Source: Candidatus Poribacteria bacterium
GTDB taxonomy: Bacteria; Poribacteria; WGA-4E; PCPOR2b
Reading direction: 5' to 3'
Length of the DNA stretch: 64,000 nucleotides
Assembly (NCBI GenBank): GCA_965208675.1
Contig: OZ242351.1
Span: 2,336,001-2,400,000 of the forward strand
Shown here: positions 58,540 to 64,000 of the stretch, piece after piece
How the letters are laid out: each line of letters starts with the position of its first letter
How positions within the stretch are numbered: position 1 is the stretch's first letter
Program-made: the position numbers and the translations under genes
Notes under the pieces: model-generated
The model's database searches: none
The model's input: the letters and a program-made list of their open reading frames with translations, nothing else
Told to the model about the DNA's origin: nothing

Positions 58540-59369
58540 AACAACCTCGCCCGTTCCGTAGAGATCCTCGTCTCTTTCGCTCCTTCAAATGGTTGTGTGC
58601 TGAATACGGCGTTTCCCAGCATAATCATCGATGCAAACCCGTTCTGGCTTTCAATCTGATTGATAACACACCGGACATTTTGATCCCTTAGCAGTCCGCT
58701 TTCGATAGCGAATACCTTGGATGATCTGATACAGGTATTAAAGTCTACCGCTTCAGAATTGACGAGCGCTCCCAGATTTTTCAACGCTTTATCAGCCGAT
58801 ATGTTGATGTTGTCAGTTTGCTTGGAATCTGTGAGGACATCTCTGGTCTGAATGGGACCGAAAAACTTATAGTAAATGGGTTGTTTTCGAACAGGCAGTC
58901 TTTCTGCCGAAAGCGGATGGCCTGCCTTTAATTTGACGAGGCAGCCGCCGTGATATTGCGCGCAGACATCGCCCAAACCAGTCAGATTTTCCACCTCCGC
59001 CACGTGAGCTATCATCGCAAGATCTCTTGAAGATATGCCTAAGCTCAACAAAGCATTAACTGCATACGCCGTGGCTAACGCAGAAGCACCGCTCAATCCA
59101 AAGCCGCACCCTAACGGCTGCGGCGACGTGATATCGATGAGCATTGTTTCGGGCGTTAATTTTTGAAGGGTTGACACCACTGTGGGAAAATGAATCTCGC
59201 CGCCATTAAACAGAATACTCGTCCGGCAATATGGCGATACCGTCACCACTACACCTTCATTAATGGTAAACCCCATCCCCAGCGAGTGCATTTTGGCCGC
59301 GTCCTCATGTGGTACAACCTTGAAAACACATGAGATATTGCTGGGTGCAAACGCGCTGACCTGTTCCAT
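58536..59369 (-). CDS. Archaeal-type pantoate kinase (GHMP family)
   Basis: AFAPSNISCVF, SLGMGF, PLGCGFGLSGA, AHVAEV...TGLGDV, ASMIMLGNAVF; 4-nt overlap with the PPS gene. Confidence 0.88.
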   Translation of the reverse strand: MEQVSAFAPSNISCVFKVVPHEDAAKMHSLGMGFTINEGVVVTVSPYCRTSILFNGGEIHFPTVVSTLQKLTPETMLIDITSPQPLGCGFGLSGASALATAYAVNALLSLGISSRDLAMIAHVAEVENLTGLGDVCAQYHGGCLVKLKAGHPLSAERLPVRKQPIYYKFFGPIQTRDVLTDSKQTDNINISADKALKNLGALVNSEAVDFNTCIRSSKVFAIESGLLRDQNVRCVINQIESQNGFASMIMLGNAVFSTQPFEGAKETRISTERARLL

Positions 59370-59509
59370 TCTCTTAATTGGCGTTTCTTTGACTTTGGCG
59401 GGATTTCTTGGCGGCGGACGGAACGGGCATTAACGCTCCAACCAATAGGCCAGTCTCTTCATGCCGCAAGCTGCGATGCCTAATGTTTATTCGTATGTTA
59501 TTGAAACGA

Positions 59510-59538
59510 ATTATACAAGAGGGTATTAACGCGGTCAA
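59510..59538 (-). promoter_or_regulatory. sigma70 promoter for the pantoate kinase-PPS-ino1 operon
   Basis: TTGACC-N17-TATAAT. Confidence 0.65.
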
Positions 59539-59700
59539 GCAAAAAACTGTCGCACAAGGAGCGCAACCCCCGGTTCAAGTGGATGCTTCAAAGGGCGTTG
59601 ACTATCGGTGAAACTCGTCAACTAGATCGAATTTCGCCGATGGAGGTTTTGAATCGTCTCCAGAAATGGCTTTTCCTTAAATGAACCGTCCATTTGCAGC

Positions 59701-61390
59701 CTAAAACATAAAACGGTACATCGGACGCCCTAGGCTGACACCAGCTAAACTCCAGAGCGTTCCGATAAAGAATTCACCCAGTACCAACCCAGTAAAAAAC
59801 GGCACGCCTTTACGATAAGCACGAATTCCGCCAATACGGACTAAAATCAGCTTCATCAACCAACTCAGAAGGATTGAAACCCAATACCAATTCATGGTTT
59901 GGTAGCCAATCCCAATTGCATAACCGGCGGGATGCAAGGGCCACCAGATAAACCATCGATGCAATCCTGTGAGCATTCCGGTAAAAGCGAACGCTCCAAT
60001 AGATGCCGCAATCTCTAGGGGCGCCGCATCTTGAGGGGTTGTCAACCATACGCGTAACTGACCTAGAAATGCCCCTCGAATCCAATGCTCGCCGTAAACC
60101 GCCGCGCCATAACGGTACCCCTGTGCATAGTATGCCCAAGCTGATGAGATGGTACCGACCACAGCTACTAGCATAATTGCAGGAATTAACCTGCTCGGAG
60201 CGATGCTGCGCAATTCAGCCGCTTTGAATCCTTCGAGCATGACCGGCATCGGGTGGCAGCGGTATGATCGGTTGAAGCCGCGAAAAAACGTGAATAGTGT
60301 CAAACTTTTTCCGCCGAATCTACGTGTTCCCAAAATGGAGACTAGAGCACCGCCGGGATGCCAAAGGACATCATGCGTGGGCGGACCAAGCACCGAACAA
60401 CTGCTCATGCGCAAAGGGAAAGCGCGGAAGGTGTCCGAGCCCTAGCATGGTTCCCCATACCAAAACTATCTTTCGAAACAGATAGAAAAACCAGATGGAA
60501 AACGAGAGATTGAGCGGGATGAAAAAACTCAAGCCAACCACGAAGGGATAAACCGCAAGCGGCGTATAGCCAATAGCGTCTAAGGGTTTTTCTGTAAAGA
60601 GTTGACCCAAGTCAAATCCTACTTTAGAAGGATTGTGGCCAATTCCCCCGACGCTGGGTACAACCGGAAACAGAAAATGGAGGCCGTTGATTAGGTTCAT
60701 ACTGCCCGCCAAGATGAACCCTATCCAGAACAACCTGTTTCTGAACAACGCGGACCCGTTCCGTTCGGTAAGCTGCATCGGAATCTGGATGATAGGATAC
60801 GTCAGTTTTTCCCGATAGACCCATTGCCGCTGCACAAGTACCGTCAGACAGAGCATCATCCACGTCAGAACGACAAGTAAAACAGACCACCAGAACACAG
60901 GTCTAATCCAAAGCCATAGATGGCTCCAAATGTGCAGCGTCGATTCCCCTTGATAAAAAGGGACGAGTGCATCCCGATTTTTTACCGTCAGCCAATCAGG
61001 GATATGATGGTGGAATAACTCCGCCCACTCGTTTTCTGGCGTTGCAAACCAGATTGAATGGGGTATGAGAGGCCAGAGCAACTGGAGCATATCGTGCCCG
61101 GCGATGGAAGATGCTACCGCAAGAAGCAGATAGACAACGGTCAACTCGCCATCACTAAACTGCGCGCGCGGGGCAGCGAAACGAATCAGATAGTTCCAAC
61201 CAATCAATAGCAGAAGGATGAATACGGCGTTGAAATACAACGAAACAACGGTGGGAAAACTTTGACCGCTGTCATAGCCGCCTGTTCCCCAGCTAATCAT
61301 CAACCAGTAGGAGTTGGGTACGGTAAGTATTAGCGCAATCAGCACCGCGCGGAAGGTCACGCTTCTCGTTGATGAAGGAGATGTCATCAT
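59701..61390 (-). pseudogene. DUF6785-like membrane protein, broken by an internal deletion with frameshift near 60385-60391
   Basis: ORFs 60371-61390 and 59701-60414 match the N- and C-parts of 8922-10865; about 85 aa between GAW and LGPPTH are missing. Confidence 0.82.
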
Positions 61391-61545
61391 TCGAATATGC
61401 TAACAATCCTTAGCGTCGGTGGGAAGTATTAAGCGGTGGATTTAAGTCGGTTGTAAGATGCCGAAGAAGACTGTAACGGTCGATAAACTCGGATTAGCTC
61501 GAGTGTACTCTTTTACCTACGGTCGCCCCGATTCATTTAAGGCTG

Positions 61546-62076
61546 TTAATCGGCGCGCCCAAACTCCAGCTTGGCATAGCGAAGGAAAATACCGCCGCCC
61601 GGGAAAGCGATTGGGCCGTTAACTGCGAGACAGGCAATGATGTGCCGTTCACCTGGCAGCGCATTCTCGCAGACGCTCACGCGTTGTGGTGCGTTGTGGC
61701 CCGATATCGCGCCGCGGCCCGTATTGCCGATCGCAATGTCGCACTCGCCGTTAATCCAGATTTCGCCGTAATCGTCTACACATGTTGTAAACCACACCTG
61801 GGTACCGCGAATGTCCGCATTGCCGACCCGTTCAGGCAGTGTTACTCCGAGGCGGTACCAACCGAAGCAAAAACCATCTGAAACGGATGCTTGTATGTTC
61901 TCGCATACCGTCCAGTCGGTATCGTCATAGTCCGCCAACCGCGCTGGGGATTGTTTGAGTTGGTCCACTAGACCGCCGTTAGGCTCTCCCGGAACCAACC
62001 CGCCGGCGTATCGCCACTGCCCTTTGACCAATTGCAGGTGGTCGGGGTTTTCCAAATCCAACGTTGCGACAATCAT
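61546..62076 (-). CDS. Hypothetical protein, galactose-binding-like beta-sandwich (GH2 sugar-binding-like)
   Basis: SD GAGGAGG; DYDDTDW, GWYR..VTLP, VDDYGEIWING. Confidence 0.7.
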   Translation of the reverse strand: MIVATLDLENPDHLQLVKGQWRYAGGLVPGEPNGGLVDQLKQSPARLADYDDTDWTVCENIQASVSDGFCFGWYRLGVTLPERVGNADIRGTQVWFTTCVDDYGEIWINGECDIAIGNTGRGAISGHNAPQRVSVCENALPGERHIIACLAVNGPIAFPGGGIFLRYAKLEFGRAD

Positions 62077-62590
62077 CGCAGCCTCCTCGGTTTCTTTCGT
62101 GACTCTTGGAAAAGTTCACGATCCGGTTGTCATGAAAAACAGCCTTCGAGTAGAATCAAGTTGGGGTAAACAGCTTGACAATTTCAATTGAATGCGGTGG
62201 GGATTGGGATGAAACACATCTGGCGCGGATTTCAGGAAGGACGAGGAGAAATGGTCTTAGTATCTACAATCTTCAACCTCAACGAGTGCGCGGTTCTGAG
62301 CATAACAATGCAAGTGGAGAACTCAACGTACATTGTGGCTTGACCGTAGACAGGATTGCTTACTACAACACTAGCACAATTAGTAGTATGCACTTCTTGA
62401 GAGGGAAGGATAAACGCGGCAAATAGATAGACCGGTCTGCACTTGCCTTAAGGGCGGGCATTCACCAAAGGATTGCCCGCCACACATGATTTGCTATCCA
62501 TCACCAATAACTCGGTTTAATTAACATCAAATCGCGGCATCGTTCAACAATCAGTCAAATCTATAAACTAAAGTTTGCACGGCGCAGGCA

Positions 62591-63346
62591 TTAGGGTACG
62601 TGCTTTATCGCACCCCACGTCGTGGTGATTGAATTGCGGGGTTTTACGGATTGCTCTCCCGGTTCTAATTCAAACAACTCCAATACTTCATCTTCGTCAA
62701 ATCCGCGGTTGTAGATGCGAAGTTCGTCCATTGCGCCGACATACGAATTCAAGCTCATAAACCCAATTTGGATATCTGATTCAAATGGGTCAATCTTGAA
62801 AATTCCTTGAACCTGACCTTGTCGGACTCCATCGGTGTAGTAAGTTCCTGTCTCCTCAAATACAGTGCACACGATTAGGTGCCACTCGTTCACGCCCATC
62901 ACATTTCCCACACCAGTCCCTCTCCAGGCGTTCGCGACCCGGATTTCCATCCTGCCGCCGCCATGAAGCAGGTCAACGTTGTATTGTTGGTGTTTGTAAA
63001 TCGCTCGGTTTTCGCCAGCTAGGTCGAATTTTTCCGGATACGCCCAAAAGGCAACGGTAAATTCCTTATCCTTGACCATTAGAGAATCCGATCTCGGAAT
63101 TATGGCGCCCTGCTGATTGGTTTTAAAACGTATTGCCTTGCCGAACTTGCCATCGTTTGTCCGCTCGGCACTCTCAATTCTACCGTGGTTATCATTACCG
63201 CTCGAGTCTTTGAGACCATCATCATTCCCCTCGAACTGGTAATAACCTACGAGTCCGTCTTCCAGTGCGGCTAGAACAGGCGATACCCAAATCCCTAACA
63301 GCAAAACAACCGCCGCCGCAACATAGAACAGGAATTGGAATTTCAT
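62591..63346 (-). CDS. Secreted LamG-like jellyroll protein with C-terminal TTW tail
   Basis: LVGYYQFEG, GKFGKAIRF, NEWHLIV, GAMDELRIYNR, tail SVKPRNSITTTWGAIK. Confidence 0.88.
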   Translation of the reverse strand: MKFQFLFYVAAAVVLLLGIWVSPVLAALEDGLVGYYQFEGNDDGLKDSSGNDNHGRIESAERTNDGKFGKAIRFKTNQQGAIIPRSDSLMVKDKEFTVAFWAYPEKFDLAGENRAIYKHQQYNVDLLHGGGRMEIRVANAWRGTGVGNVMGVNEWHLIVCTVFEETGTYYTDGVRQGQVQGIFKIDPFESDIQIGFMSLNSYVGAMDELRIYNRGFDEDEVLELFELEPGEQSVKPRNSITTTWGAIKHVP

Positions 63347-63482
63347 TTTATCTCCTCCAATATCTGAATTATAAACTAACCAATAGCATCATCCATACAA
63401 ATGCGTAAGCGTCCAATAGATCGAGAAGCAGGAAATAATCCCACCTTCTCTCGACCTATTGGAGGGTTTGGATGGGAGCCCG

Positions 63483-64000
63483 TTACGGGGCGTGTTTGAT
63501 TGTTGCCCATGTGGTCACTAGCGACCCTTCAGGCGATACGGCTTCCCCGTCGCTGCCTAAAAACAGTGACGATACTTCGTCTGCACTGAGCGCACGATTA
63601 TAGACACGCAAGTTGTCCATGCAACCCACAAACGAATTCAATCCGATATTCCCAAGCCAAAGATCGGATTCGTTTTGTTCGATTGGTCCGGGGATTCCGT
63701 CATTGCCGCCGACAACTTCGCCGTCAATGTAGTGGGTCGATACTTGTCCGTCCAACGTCGCCGTAACAAGATGCCACTCGTTCACACTTAGCGGCTCTGC
63801 GGGAGCAGTACCGTGCCAACCGCCCTCTGCTCGAATTTCAAGGCGGCCGCCTCCCCTGAGGAGATCGAAGTTGTATTGTTGGTGTTTGTAAATCAGTCGG
63901 TTCTCACCATCGGGGTCAAAAGATTCCTGATTGACCCAGACTGCAACCGTGAACGCGTTTGTAACCAAAAGCCCTGCGCCAGAAATTGACGCCTTTCGGT
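63483..64000 (-). CDS. LamG-like protein, C-terminal part (start outside the window), paralogue of 62591-63346
   Basis: ENRLIYKHQQYNFDLL.GGGR, NEWHLVT, GCMDNLRVYNRALS, tail AVSPEGSLVTTWATIK. Confidence 0.85.
   Translation of the reverse strand, partial: RKASISGAGLLVTNAFTVAVWVNQESFDPDGENRLIYKHQQYNFDLLRGGGRLEIRAEGGWHGTAPAEPLSVNEWHLVTATLDGQVSTHYIDGEVVGGNDGIPGPIEQNESDLWLGNIGLNSFVGCMDNLRVYNRALSADEVSSLFLGSDGEAVSPEGSLVTTWATIKHAP

Noticed and set aside
63412-63462. Imperfect inverted repeat between the last two LamG genes
   Set aside because: Single hairpin without a U-tract or second copy; probably an ordinary attenuating or stabilising stem.

Overview
Bacterial chromosomal window of about 50% GC, most likely Candidatus Poribacteria. 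This is inferred from several LamG-like proteins ending in a [AS]VxPxx[KS]LxTTW[AG]x[LIV]K tail, DUF6785-like membrane proteins and a giant TPR protein. From left to right it contains: the N-terminal part of a proteasomal ARC/Mpa ATPase (not in the ORF track), lolA-pgsA-thpR-recA, a DUF6785-like/AtuA-like operon, a xanthine-dehydrogenase-family molybdoenzyme operon with a MoaD-like gene, and an AT-rich decaying defence island. That island holds a fused R-M gene, a REP-flanked DUF5677-like cassette, a RAYT transposase remnant and an S subunit with an internal stop. Two long REPIN-like hairpin elements bracket a beta-propeller/sodC/livK-like segment. Further on are tandem LamG pairs, a histidine kinase, a NUDIX-eIF2B-like fusion, a vWA/coiled-coil cluster, a LamG-cohesin protein, a 2890-aa TPR-thioredoxin (CxxS) protein, htpG, a PorV-like barrel with TonB, and an archaeal-type pantoate kinase/phosphopantothenate synthetase pair with ino1. 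The best candidates for undescribed biology are a shared C-terminal sorting-like tail on five secreted proteins, REP/RAYT-linked gene cassettes, and archaeal-type CoA precursor synthesis in a bacterium. No rRNA, tRNA or CRISPR array was seen. All family assignments come from motif recognition, not database searches.
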